A stretch of DNA of 64,000 nt from Gekko japonicus. Lineage: Eukaryota. Below the pieces are notes generated by a model. It ran no database searches and was not told the origin of the DNA. It worked only from the letters and a program-made list of their open reading frames with translations. The stretch covers positions 777,604 through 841,603 of the forward strand of contig NW_015174851.1 of assembly GCF_001447785.1 (NCBI RefSeq), in the 5' to 3' direction. A program made the translations under genes and the position numbers. Of this stretch, positions 37,643-49,242 are shown one piece after another. Each line of letters begins with the position of its first letter. The stretch's first letter is position 1.

Positions 37643-38900
37643 GTCTGGTCTGGTCTAGTCTAGTCTAGTCTTTTATTGATACAGTCATTGACCAGCATAA
37701 AACATATAATACCTTTCACGTAACATCTGGGAAATCTTATAGCCAATATGTACACATTGATAATTACAACACTAAAACAGTTAAAATTCAGATACACTAC
37801 GCAATATCTCTTGGCGTATTTTATATGTGACTGATAAAAATCTTGCACTGGAAGCTGTGACTATTGGGTTGGCACCCCTGAGGAGCATTTTGCAGAACTC
37901 TGTATCAGAGCGACCCTGATATTTCTTAAGAAGGAGGGAAAGCATCTTTATACGGATTTCGTGATAAAAATGGCAATGTAATAATACATGTTCAATTGTT
38001 TCAACTTCACCATCCCCACAGGGACAAACCCTCTCATGCATGGGAGTCTTTCTAAACCACCCATCTAACACTGCAGAGGGGAGTGCTTGCCATCTGGCTA
38101 GAGAAAATGCCCTCCGTTGGGCTGGAATCTCCAGTTGAGAAAGGTACATCACTGGTGCTACTTTATATTTTGTGTGTTCTGCAGCCAAGAATTCTGGTAC
38201 TTTATTAATGTCATTTTGACGTTGAATATCCTGCATACTTTGTTTGAGTACTGCCTTTGCTTGGTTATAATTCATTTCTAAGACAGTATGTGGAGAGAGG
38301 CCTAAATTCCTTAACTTTAGAGTTATGGCCTTTAACCAGGAAGATTTGAAACTATCTCTGAGGATTAAAGGTGTTAGGCCATGAGGAATATGGTTTAATT
38401 TGAGCCAAAAATTTATTGAGGTGAGGCATATCCTCGACTCCACTTTGATTAAACCAGATCCCAGGCGCAAGCTTGCATTTGAAATGCATTTGGGCATCTG
38501 AAAAGCTGCTCTTAAAAACTTTGATTGAACACACTCAAGTGGGATGAAGCAAGAAGATTGTGGCCCCATTATTGTTCCATACAAAAGTTGGGGTAGTATT
38601 TTGGCCTGAAACAGGTTGAGAGCTGCTGGTAAATATTGCCCTCCCTTGGTGCCTAAGAATATAATTATGGCCTGAGCAGATTTTTGTCCTAAATTGGCCA
38701 CCTGTTCATGATGAAGCATTCTAGCACCATTCAATTGTAATACCACCCCCAGGTATTTGAAGCTTGTAACCTGATCAATCCCCTGACCTCCGATCAGCCA
38801 GTGTAGGGGGGTGAAAATCAGAATTTTTAAAATTGCTGGCCAAATTGTTAATATAAAAAATGAACAGCAATGGGGCGCTTTTTGTCTGTTTATGGACCTG
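37643..38900 (-). mobile_element. LINE (RTE-X-like) ORF2 3' region, truncated and internally deleted
   Basis: APLLFIFYINNL..HPP, FKYLGVVL, then RRAFSLARW..ERVCPCGDGEVETIEHVLLHCHFY (CCHC); AATAAA and a (gacta/gacca)n tail. The clade name is tentative. Confidence 0.8.
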
Positions 38901-38944
38901 TTTCAGGCATTTCCTAGCAAAATTAAAAGCCAAATGAGTTAAAA

Positions 38945-39690
38945 TCATGGGCTGGTCAGCTGCCATGTCCTTCTCCTTGGAAGAATTGGAACAATGCACC
39001 CCACCTATGGAATCTCCACCTGAGCAGCTGGGTCCAGCAGTAGACCCAATGGAGGAAGCATCAGGAAGTGAGAATGCTTCCCAGTCATGGCCAGGCTGGC
39101 CAGTCTTCCAGGAGAAGAAAGAGATGCCACAGAACCTGGTGTTTCCATCTCCTCTGACCTCTCCCCAGTGTGGAAGGAGGAGAGGGTGCTTGACAGCTCG
39201 AGAGAGAAGACAAAGTGCTCAGCAATGATCAGTGTTAATTCCTGGAGTAAAGTCTTTGCAGGACCAGGACTGACAGGCTGATAGGGATACAGTAAAGACC
39301 TTCACCTGTAGGAAGGTGAATGTGACTGTAAGAAGTGACACCTGGACCTTGGGAGATGAGTCAGCAAAGGAGGCAGATAAAAGGAACACGCCGCTCAAGT
39401 CTAAATGTGGAAGCAACTTTGCTTGCCACACCTCTGTGAAGCTGACCTTCATAGCAAGCACTGGTGTATCCTGACTTGCTGCTTTGTACCTTGTTGCTGG
39501 TAACCTGTGCTTGCTCCTACAGCCGGGGACCCAGACCCTGCTCCCCCTGCCCTGGAACTGGACCCTTGAACCCTCAAGTTTCCTTACTCTGATCCTTGGA
39601 TTGGACCTGTGATTTCTCACTCCAGACTGTGTACCTCTGTACCTATTGTTTCTGTATTTGTTTAACCTGGAAACACAGGGCAGAGCAACA
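38945..39690 (+). mobile_element. Probable Gypsy-type solo LTR
   Basis: Purine-rich U3, gataaaagg TATA-like box, ctggac-rich U5 and an ACA end. No TSD confirmed. Confidence 0.4.
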
Positions 39691-40494
39691 GTGCCAGGTT
39701 TGACCCTGAATGTGAAAGCCTGGACAAAAATTCAATTTTATCTACTTCATAATTAGCTTTTTGTTTTGTTTTGTTTATTTGTCCTAATACTTAGGAAACT
39801 AAAAACTATATGATTAATTTATTTCAAGGTATATGTAATTAGTGTAGTGTTACACTTGAGCCTGTGTAAATCTATCCTTTTAAGATATGAGTCTTATTAA
39901 TTTAATTTAAGAATGTATATATTATATGCAGGTGACAGCTTCTAAATTTAAAAAAATAACTGTCAGTGCTGACGATTTACTGAAATTTGTAGAAATCCTT
40001 GGTCACACGTTGGGTTGGTTATGAGGAAACCACTATTAATTTCTTCAAAGGCTCAGCTGGAAATGTGGCAGTCGTATGACTGGCTACTGTTCTGGAAGGG
40101 TTCTGTTATGGACTAGACTTTTGTTGCAGTGGTACACTTTTATCAGTTTTATTATATCTTGGGAAGTGTGGCCTTTGGTGACCAAATTCACTGCAGTGTA
40201 GTCCTGAGCCAAAATGGAGGGATATGTCCCAGTGAAATATTTGTGAGAGTATGTCAAAGGGTACAAAAAGCACACTATCCCTGACTTCAGTATATCCATC
40301 CCTTGACTTTGCCCTGTTTTACACTATTTATAGCCTCATTGCTGCTGCTTTTGCACCCTTGAAAACACAGATGTAGCCTTCTTTCTAGAAACAGTGAGGC
40401 TGCTGTGTAACCAATGCCTCTTGGTACATGATGATGTTATCTAGCCAAATCTATTTATTTTGATATTTATACCTTTATTTGATATTTATACCTT

Positions 40495-40988
40495 TGATAT
40501 TTATACCACAGAGGGGACCCAAAGCAGCTTAGAAAATCACTTCTCCTCCTCCATTTCATCCTTACAACCAGGGCTTTTTTCTTTTCTTTTTTTTGAAAAA
40601 GAGGTGCCAGAACTCTCAAGAGGGAAATGAGGTTTTCAATCTGTATACTGAAAACTCATGAACTTTTAAAACATTTTAAAAAGAATTTTGTTGAAGAGGT
40701 TCTGGAACTCTGTTCTGGCGTGTTCCCCCAGAAAAAAAGCCCTGCTTACAACAACAACCCTGTGAGTTAGGTTAGGCTGAGAAAAAGTGACGGGCACAAG
40801 GCTCCTAAGTGTGCTTCAAGGGCAGAGAAAGGATTTATTTATTATTTATTTATTTGTTGGGCTTTTACCCCACCCTCCTGCCTAGGCGGCTCAGGGTGGC
40901 TTACAGTAGTTAAAAACCAGTATACAATTTGAACCTTGGTCTCCCAGATCCTAGTCTGATACTCTTATTGCTACACCAGACTGGCTCT
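40495..40988 (-). mobile_element. tRNA-derived SINE carrying two nested insertions
   Basis: Same family as 15107-15392 (ctacaccagactggctct head, acaaccctgtgagttaggttaggctgaga body), split by a MITE and an L2-type tail (~40832-40930). Confidence 0.7.
40569..40744. mobile_element. hAT-type MITE
   Basis: TIRs cagggcttttttt / aaaaaaagccctg; perfect 8-bp TSD cttacaac. Confidence 0.88.
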
Positions 40989-41089
40989 GAGATGAAGGTT
41001 ATGAACATTGGCCTCATTTTCAAGAGTTTCCTTTGACCTCAGTAATGTTATTCTGTACCACTGGTTATTTTAGTGATTCTAGGAAATGA

Positions 41090-41090
41090 A

Positions 41091-41133
<43 letters not shown>
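41090..41133 (+). repeat. (AAT)n microsatellite
   Basis: About 14 AAT units. Confidence 0.95.
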
Positions 41134-41136
<3 letters not shown>

Positions 41137-43638
41137 CAAATACATTACAATGGTCTTATAAAGCTGGAGCTGCCAACCATTGAGCTACTTCTGAGTAATG
41201 AAACCTATCCTGAGCTACTAAAACATTATAATGTACCATGTAAATATATGAAATCCCCCCCCAGCATCTTATTGAATTTTGTTCTGCCCTATAAGCTGCC
41301 CTATAGCTGATAACAGCTATCAGCTAAGTAGCACAGAGAAAAATCCTATGAAGTAAAAAAGCAAGTTTTTGCAGTCTTCCAGGGGATGCATGAGCTGTTC
41401 TGCTGTAGCCAGTGAACTATCAGTAGTTCATAAGATCCCTTTTGGGGACCCTCTCCTATGAAGGCATCTCTAGCGGACGAGATGGAGAGTTGTTTGGTTA
41501 TGGCTATGGTCCCAGAAAGGAGTCATTAGCAGTGGCAACATTTGAACCAGTGACTTTCTGATTCAGTCTATTAGCCAGTTTATTTCAGTCTGATTGGGTA
41601 TGAGACTGGCTATAGGAGACCCTTACTATTTTTAGGAAGAAGATTGATTTTTTAAAAAATTGATAGCTGTGAACAGAGGAAAACTGGCTTGGAAAAGGTA
41701 AGAGGTTTTTGTTTGTTTTTTGATGGGGACAGACGGAGAAAAAAATGTATTCCCATGTCTTCCTTTTCTCTCCTGGATTTAAGGCTGGATGGACACCTCT
41801 TTGGATGTTGTGCTGTCATAATCATCTCTTGGGGGGGGGAAATGTGGGTGGCATGGGAAGTGAATGATTCTTATAGCACAGCTGTAGTGTAATACCCAAA
41901 AATGTGTCAATCCAGTCTGTAGTAGGAAAACAAACTATATAGACATGCATATATAAGCACTGAAGCTGATAAACACAGCACGACAGCTGGGCTTATAGGT
42001 AGGGTTTCCAGTACTGCTGTAGCAAATGCTGGGAGATTTTGAGGGTGGTGCCTGGGGAGGGCAGAGTTTGGGGAGGATGTGACATCATTTCTGGGTGATT
42101 TCTGTAGACTGCCTCCCCTAGTTTCTTTTGTCTTCACCATAGACTGTCATTATGTGGAGGCTATTTTTCCCCTCACACCCCTCAATTCCTTGGGAGAGGG
42201 AAATTCAGACTAGGAGTGGTTAAATCCTCACCCTGGGTGGGTAAATGGGAGGCCTACTAATGGACAATGGCATTTCCTGTGCCTTGTGGCTGCCTGTGCT
42301 TTATGAACATAGACTGTAGGAAATGTTCTGTACTAGGACAGACCATGGCATTTTCATTCAGTATTGCAGATCTTCCCAATGTGGGTGGCATGGGAGTAAA
42401 GAGATCCCACTGACTACATATGCATGGCTCACCAGAAGTAAGGAAAGGCAGTAGCTAGCCACAGCTACCAATGGACACTGGCCTTTTTTGCACACAGTAT
42501 TCCCTGCAACTCTGCCTTTAACATTGCATACTAATGAGCAAGTTATATACTAACCAAGCATCTGCTGATAAGTACAGCAGAGTTTAGAGACAAGTATTTT
42601 GTTTTCACTATTAGATAAATCCACCAGTAAAAAAATAAGAATAAATGACAGTTCAGATGTATTGTATCTTAAGGAAGAATTAAAACTCCCAGCTTACCCA
42701 TTCCTGTCTGAAGAACGGGGACATCTTCCAGGGAATAAAGAATACTAGATAAACAAAACAAATCATTATAATAGCTCACAACCAAAAATTATAACCTTTG
42801 AACAATTATCCCAAGTGCTACTACATACTGCCATTGTTATGAGTTATCTGACTAGACAGGGCCATTATGGAACAGCATTAAAATCTTTCACACATATGGG
42901 TAATTTGTGTGTATCAGTAGGTGGGGTATTCATTTGCTTTGGATTCTGAGAGCTACCCATGTGATTGTGTATTCCAATTCTGCTGCTTTGTATAGCCATC
43001 ATCAGACACTGCAGCATTAATATCATTTATCAGAAGCTTCTGTTTTTTTGGCTCCTTGCCTCGAATGCGTCTTCCTTCAGCCTCAGTGAACAAACAAACA
43101 GAGAACAAAGCCAAACAAAATCTGTTTAAATTCCTTGGGTTTTTTTGGCAGCTGAACTGAGTTATAAATAAATGCAATACACCCCAAACACATACAATGT
43201 CCAAACCAGATATGCCCTATTTTTAGAAGCAAGGAAGACAATACCACAAAAGTGTTTGGAACTAAATAATTACAATGTTTTGGGGTGATACCAGTAATGC
43301 TTCCTTTCTCCCAATTGTGATTTTAAAGGATATCCAACCTCATGCTAGTACTCCAATCCCTGCAGTGTTGGGGATGTAAATCATACTTGTCTGGGTCATC
43401 TTAGCACAACATACCTGTGTTTTTAAAAAGTAGCCCTTTGACTACTAGAACAGCCCTTCCACCAGTGAAAATGTTTATGTAGCTCATACCAGCAAACAGC
43501 AGCTCTCTGGAGCCTGAAATGGTTGGGGAGATGGCACAGGGGAAGATGTAACCCTGCTGTCCCCATACCTCATGGTACCAATCCTAAACAGGCCACCTAG
43601 GAATTAAGTTTCAAGAATTCCTGGGAGTTCCCAACATG

Positions 43639-43790
43639 GGCTGCTGCCACACACGCTAAGTAATCCACTTTAAATCCCCTTTTAGTGCACTTTCAAAGTG
43701 GATTTTGCCAGTTCACACAGTAAAACTCCACTTTGAAAGTGCACTGAAAGTGGATTGAAAGTGGATTACTTAGCGTGTGTGGCAGCAGCC
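43639..43790. mobile_element. 152-bp near-palindromic Harbinger-like MITE
   Basis: ggctgctgccacacacgctaagtaatccacttt is the exact reverse complement of the right end; 3-bp TSD ATG. Confidence 0.9.
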
Positions 43791-44872
43791 ATGGTTCGAC
43801 AAGATCCAGGGTGGAACTGGCAACATGCCATTAAGCCCTAAGAGGGCCACTTAAAAGGTGGGTGCAGCCAAACATGTATACCTGTAGAATAAGCTTGTGT
43901 CCAAACATCTGCTGCACACTTTACACTGTCAGGTGTATGTTTTTTTAAAAAAGAACCTAGGTGGCCTTACTCAAACAACAGCAGCAACAAAATTTGTAGA
44001 GGCCTCAAACCTCTTTGTCCTCTCCTTTCTTACAACATTTCCAAGTCTGTCTTTCTTAGGTACCACATTCGTGAAGAACCTTGCTAATGATGAAAAAAGA
44101 AACTTCTGTTTCTTAGCCCCTCACAGCATAGTTTTCAAAATTCCACTTTCTTTTTTAAAGCATCCTTTTCTTTATTGTAAGTTCTACAAACTTCAGTTCT
44201 ATCCTTGATCATATTAAAATTTTCATTAAAATGACAAGACAGCCAGTTTTGTCTTACTATCCTTTCTTCTCCACCTCTTAAAACCTGCTTAGACTTACTC
44301 TTCTAATCCCACTTTAATCCTTTGATAATTTAAAAAGAAAATGAAAGTTATCCCAGTGCCTCCTTTCTGCTAAACCTTTGTTCATGCTTACTCAGTCTCT
44401 GTCACCCAACTACTGCTGCCATTTTAAGAGTGCTGTTGTATTTGCATTGAAGGATTTTTGTAATAAAAATTAGCACATATTCTCAGCCATGATTGTAAAA
44501 GCACATGTAGCCATGTACTTTCTAGCCGGACTAGAAAACCATACGAATACAGGATTGATGATGCCAGTAGAGACACAGCAAGATGGGAAGAGGACATTGT
44601 ATTATTGGAGCTCACCCCCATCAGTCCTATTTCAAAGTGGATTTCAGACTTCCACCACAGTATTCTTTGAAGTCCTCTACCACACCCTTATCTTGGTAAA
44701 GAAGTGAGGAAAGGAAGGATATGAGGAGATGTTGCAGAAGAGCCTGAGGTCTCAAGACCCACTTGCATAGTAATGATGACCTCACTGTATAGTAGGTAAG
44801 GGTCCCAATCCACTCAACACCCAATCACATGTCCACATTGAATATTTGGACATTCAGTAGATGCTCAGATAA

Positions 44873-46642
44873 TCTCTGTATAATAATCCTTTTAGCATAT
44901 TGGCTGTTTCCAGCTCTTCCATTGGTTGTGCAATATGCTCCATCAGCCATTGGCCCATCACTCAAGAGTACTTGCATGCCATTGGCTGGGTGCTGGGTCT
45001 GCTCCTCTTCCCCATCCACTCCCACTTCAGCCACTGTTCCCTGTCAGAATAACTGGCAAATGGCTCTCTCTCCTCATGAAGACACTTCTCCTGCTTGGCT
45101 CCTCTGTGGGACTAACATTTTCCTCAGTGGCTGTTGGTAGGCAACCAAGCTTGGTTCTGTCAGTAAAAAGAAAAAGGGAGGAAACCCTTTCCAGTCCTTT
45201 GTGAGGAACTCATTGGGGCCAGTCCTGACTAGGGTTGCCAGCTCCAGGTTGGGAAATTCCTGGATATTCTGTGTCTAAGGAAGCCAATCTAAGGAAGCCA
45301 GAGTTTGGGGGAGGGGAGAGGTGTCATCTGAACAGAATGCCATAGAGCCCACCTTCCAAAGCACTTATTTTCTCGGGGGGGGGGGAGAGATCTGTTGTCT
45401 GGAGTTCAGTTGTGATACCCGGTGATCTTCAGGCTCCACCTGGAGGTTGGCTACCCTAGGCATAGCAGTTAGTGCTTCAGAGCAGGGTCTACCAGACCCA
45501 GGTTCTTGCTGTGGAAGCTGTGATTTCCAACCAGTCACAGACTTTCAGCGTAACCCCCTCTTCCTGCCCACAGCCAGCTTGGCCACTTTCCTTTAATAAT
45601 AAATTGTGAAAATTGCTAAGCAACCAAACTTGGTTCTGTCAGTAAAACAGGATTATTGTACAAGTCAAAAGGGGGAGAGGAGAATGATGTAAGCTGCTTT
45701 GGTCGCCATTGCAGAGAAAAACTGTACTTTTCCTCTTGGAGAACCATTGTCGCCAATCTCCAGGTGAAGGCTGGAGATCACTCAAAATTACAGTTGCTCT
45801 CCAGATGGCAGAAATCCATTCCCCTGGAGAAAATGGTGGACTTTGTGTCCTTATACTCTGCTCAGATGGCCCCCCATGACAGCCAATGTGACATAGCAGT
45901 CAGGGCTTCAGAGCACAGTAGAAGCTGTGGGTGGTGGTGGGGAGATGGAAAGCTGAAAAGTGAGGGGCAGATAACAGCAGGTTAATACTTGATTGGGAAG
46001 GAAATAGGGTTGCCAACTTCAGGTTGGAAAATTCCTGGAGACTTGAGGGGTGGAGCCTGGAGAGGGTGGAGTTTGAGGGGGGGTGGAACCTCAGACACGT
46101 ACAATGCCATAGACTCCACCCTCCAAGCCAGCCATTTCCTCCTAGGGAACCATTGTTGCCAATCTCCAGGTGGGGGCTGGAGATCCCTCAGAATTTCAAC
46201 TGCTCTCCAGGAGGGAGGGGGAGGAGATGGAAAACTGAAGTCAGAGGGGCAGATAAAGGTAGGTTGATGGTTGGCTGGGAAGGAGATAGGGTTGCCAACT
46301 CCAGGTTGGGAAGTTCCTGGTGATTTCAGGGGTGGAGCCTGGTGAGGGTGGGGTTTGAGGAGGGGTGGGACCTCAAACATGTACAATGCCATAGACTCCA
46401 CCCTCCAAACCAGCCATTTTCTCCTGGGGAACCATTGTTGCCAATCTCCAGGTGAGGGGTGGAGATCACCCAAAATTACGACTGCTCTTCAGGTAGCAGA
46501 GAACAGTTTCTCTGGAGAAAATAGTGGACTCTGTGTCATACCCTACTGAGGTTGCCACAGCAAACTGATGCTGAGCCTCTTTCTCCCAGAGCCTCTTTCT
46601 AGAGCTCATTGTATTTATTTCCACAACGGACCTTATTCCTAG
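44873..46642 (+). mobile_element. Non-autonomous Helitron, copy B
   Basis: Starts A|TCtctgtataataat and ends hairpin (gctcattgt..acaacggac, 46604-46631) then CTAG|T. No TSD. Contains TAGGGTTGCCA-MITE-derived blocks at 45230-45458, 46006-46210 and 46287-46500. Confidence 0.8.
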
Positions 46643-48229
46643 TTAACCTAATAATTCCATGTTGTTTTCCAAGAAGATTCCAGTGGATCCCATTACTTAT
46701 TCCCACATTCTACTGGTGGTTTAAATCATCACAGGAAGGAGTGACCAACAGCACACCCTGAAGCGGCCTCACTGCACACTCGTCCCATGGTCGGCCATTC
46801 AGATTATTGCTGTGGGGCAACCATGGATTGGGTGGTTGGGTGGTTTCTTTTTTAAAACATTGTATTTTGCATATGCGCATAAACACTTATTCAAAGCACC
46901 ACTCCTGGTTTGACAGCTGGAGGAGGCTTCCTCCCCCTCTGAAAAAACTCATATTTTCAATTAACCCTTTCCTCACCCTGTGCACTGCAAAGCTGTAGGC
47001 AGAGGGACTGGCATGAAAAAAGACAAAGGATGAGGTAATCAACATGAGGAGATGATTAAGAGAAACAGCTAAGACTTTGAGAGACAAAGGAATTCAGTAC
47101 AGATGGTTACCGTTAGGACATCTAGTGGTCAGTTTGGAGAATAAAACCTTTACCGCCTTCAATGAGGCTTCAGGCAAGAAATTATTGGACACAGTAACCA
47201 AACAAAAGGACGGAAGTGTTTGAACCAGGATATTATGTTTTGAAGAGATGTAGAGAGCAATTAACAGTTGAAAATGCAGAGTAAGTTAGAGTTAGTAGAT
47301 ATGATAAGTGGGAATTATAATTAAGGGTAAAAATAATAATACCAAGGAGGTGAAGGGTGTGTTCCCCCAAGACCTCCAATTAGAGGGAGGAGGGTCCCTT
47401 CCTGCTGTAGAGGTTCACTCTGCAGCACCCAGTATCGGAGGCAACCCTGTTCAACTTTCTTTTATAGGTATGGAAGAAGACAAATTAAGTTTAAAAATTA
47501 GGTGAGTAAGGAGGGAAGTCTGCAGAAGAAGTAAAGAAGTTTTGAAAATTTATGGAAAGAATGTAATAATGATTAGGTTAAGAACTAGAGGAAGTTGGGG
47601 ACTTCCGGTACGGCGCGTTAGCGGGCGGGTGGGAGCGTGCTGTGCTCCGTCCCCGCCTGAGCCACTTTTGCCTTTTCTGAGCCCCCTGCTTGTCGGGGGA
47701 GCTCGTCCAGCAACCTGGTGGTGGGAGCTGGAGCAGGGGACGCTTTTTTCTGGCCCCCCCACCTTCGGCAGGGCGGGGGGTGTTCGGTTACAGCCCCAAC
47801 GCGGAGGCAATTGAACGGAGGAACACGGCCGCCAGCCATGTTCCATTAAACGCGGCCATCCTTTTTTTAAATTTTGCACGGGAAGAACAGCTATCTGGAT
47901 ACTTAACGGTGCGAAGGAAAAAGAACCATAGCAACACGGAGGAAAGAAAGACATTTAGACTGAAACATGGAGAGAAGAAATGTAATTGTTGGAAAAGAAA
48001 GCGGAGAGGCGAAATATCCCCAAAACATCGGCGTCCAAATAGGTGAGGTAAACTGGCCGGGAGTATCGTGGACTTGATTAAAGGTTGATATTCTGATGGG
48101 GGAAAAATAAGTGTTGGATCTTTACCTTTTGAGTCGGACTTGTTTTTTGAGCTGGAATGAAGATAATAGGTGATTAAAGGGACTGTAGCAGGATAGTAGT
48201 GTGACTGAGCCTGAAAGAGGGGGACAGAA

Positions 48230-48838
48230 ATGGAGTTTACCGGGAGGAATGAGGTGGAAACTGACGAGGATATGGAAGCGGGAGAAATGACCATGGAGCA
48301 GGTTATTAAAGCTGTGAAAGAGGCGGTGATGCGAGGTTATGAAGAAGCATTCGTAGAAATAAGAAAAAAATTTAAACCACAACCAGAAGCAGAGGAAAAA
48401 GAAAAGCAAGGACAAACTACTGTGAAAGAGATACCAGAGGAGAGCCGAATAGAAAATAAGAACTGTGTCAAGGAAGTTAATAGGGAGGACTGTGTAAATT
48501 TGCAAGCCCCGTCACGGGAAACAGTGGAACCTAAAAGAAAAGTGTCTAATGGTAAATTGGATCCGCCAAAAGTACAAGCAAAAATTTTAAGAATTGGAGG
48601 CGGAAGGCATAAAAAGATTAAAAGAAGGAAGAGAAGGGCATGGAAGTTTAAGAATGGCAACAGACTTTGGAAGATGGAAGGATTGAAAAGCAGAGAGAAG
48701 AGGTATGGAAGACAAGGAACATTTAAAGAATGCAGGCAGGTGGATATGTTGAGAAAAAAATGTAGGCTGCAAATGTTTAAGAGAAAAAATAAGCATTGTG
48801 ACGAGGGGAATATTGACTTTTCCCAGATATATGATTAA
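48230..48838 (+). CDS. 202-aa acidic-to-basic ORF of the non-autonomous element, possibly ORF1-derived
   Basis: Open frame in the ORF1 position just after the 5' UTR; N-terminal helix MTMEQVIKAVKEAV and an NLS-like RHKKIKRRKRR; no recognisable RRM. Confidence 0.4.
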   Translation: MEFTGRNEVETDEDMEAGEMTMEQVIKAVKEAVMRGYEEAFVEIRKKFKPQPEAEEKEKQGQTTVKEIPEESRIENKNCVKEVNREDCVNLQAPSRETVEPKRKVSNGKLDPPKVQAKILRIGGGRHKKIKRRKRRAWKFKNGNRLWKMEGLKSREKRYGRQGTFKECRQVDMLRKKCRLQMFKRKNKHCDEGNIDFSQIYD

Positions 48839-49080
48839 CTGGATCTCTGACCTGAAACTTATTTGTATAAGAATGTATGGAAGCATATATGTATTTAAAC
48901 CTACTTAACTAGGAATTTATGTATTTGTATGGTTATTTTTTTGGGGGAAATAATGGTGATTAGGAGATATGTTTCAAGATAAATGGTGAGGGAAATATTA
49001 AGTTGAGGGGTAAAATGCTTAAATATATTGGATGATCATGTTTGAAAATTAATCTTAATGTTGGTGTGTGTTAAAATAAG

Positions 49081-49242
49081 TATAAAGTTTATTCAAGAAT
49101 TGGTACAAAATGAAATATTTAAAATGTTGTATAGTTTTAAAGATTTTCTATATGTAAAAAGTATAAAGTTTATTCAAGAATTGGTACAAAATGAAATATT
49201 TAAAATGCTGTATAGTTTTAAAGATTTTCTATATGTAAAAAG
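49081..49242 (+). repeat. 81-bp tandem duplication
   Basis: tataaagtttattcaagaattgg...tatgtaaaaag occurs twice with one mismatch. Confidence 0.92.

Noticed and set aside
39932-40024. Peptide VTASKFKKITVSADDLLKFVEILGHTLGWL* resembling a YbaK/ProX C-terminus
   Set aside because: Short similarity only, poor polypyrimidine tract, no upstream exons found; likely chance.
41086-41310. ORF with a poly-isoleucine run
   Set aside because: Translation of an (AAT)n microsatellite.
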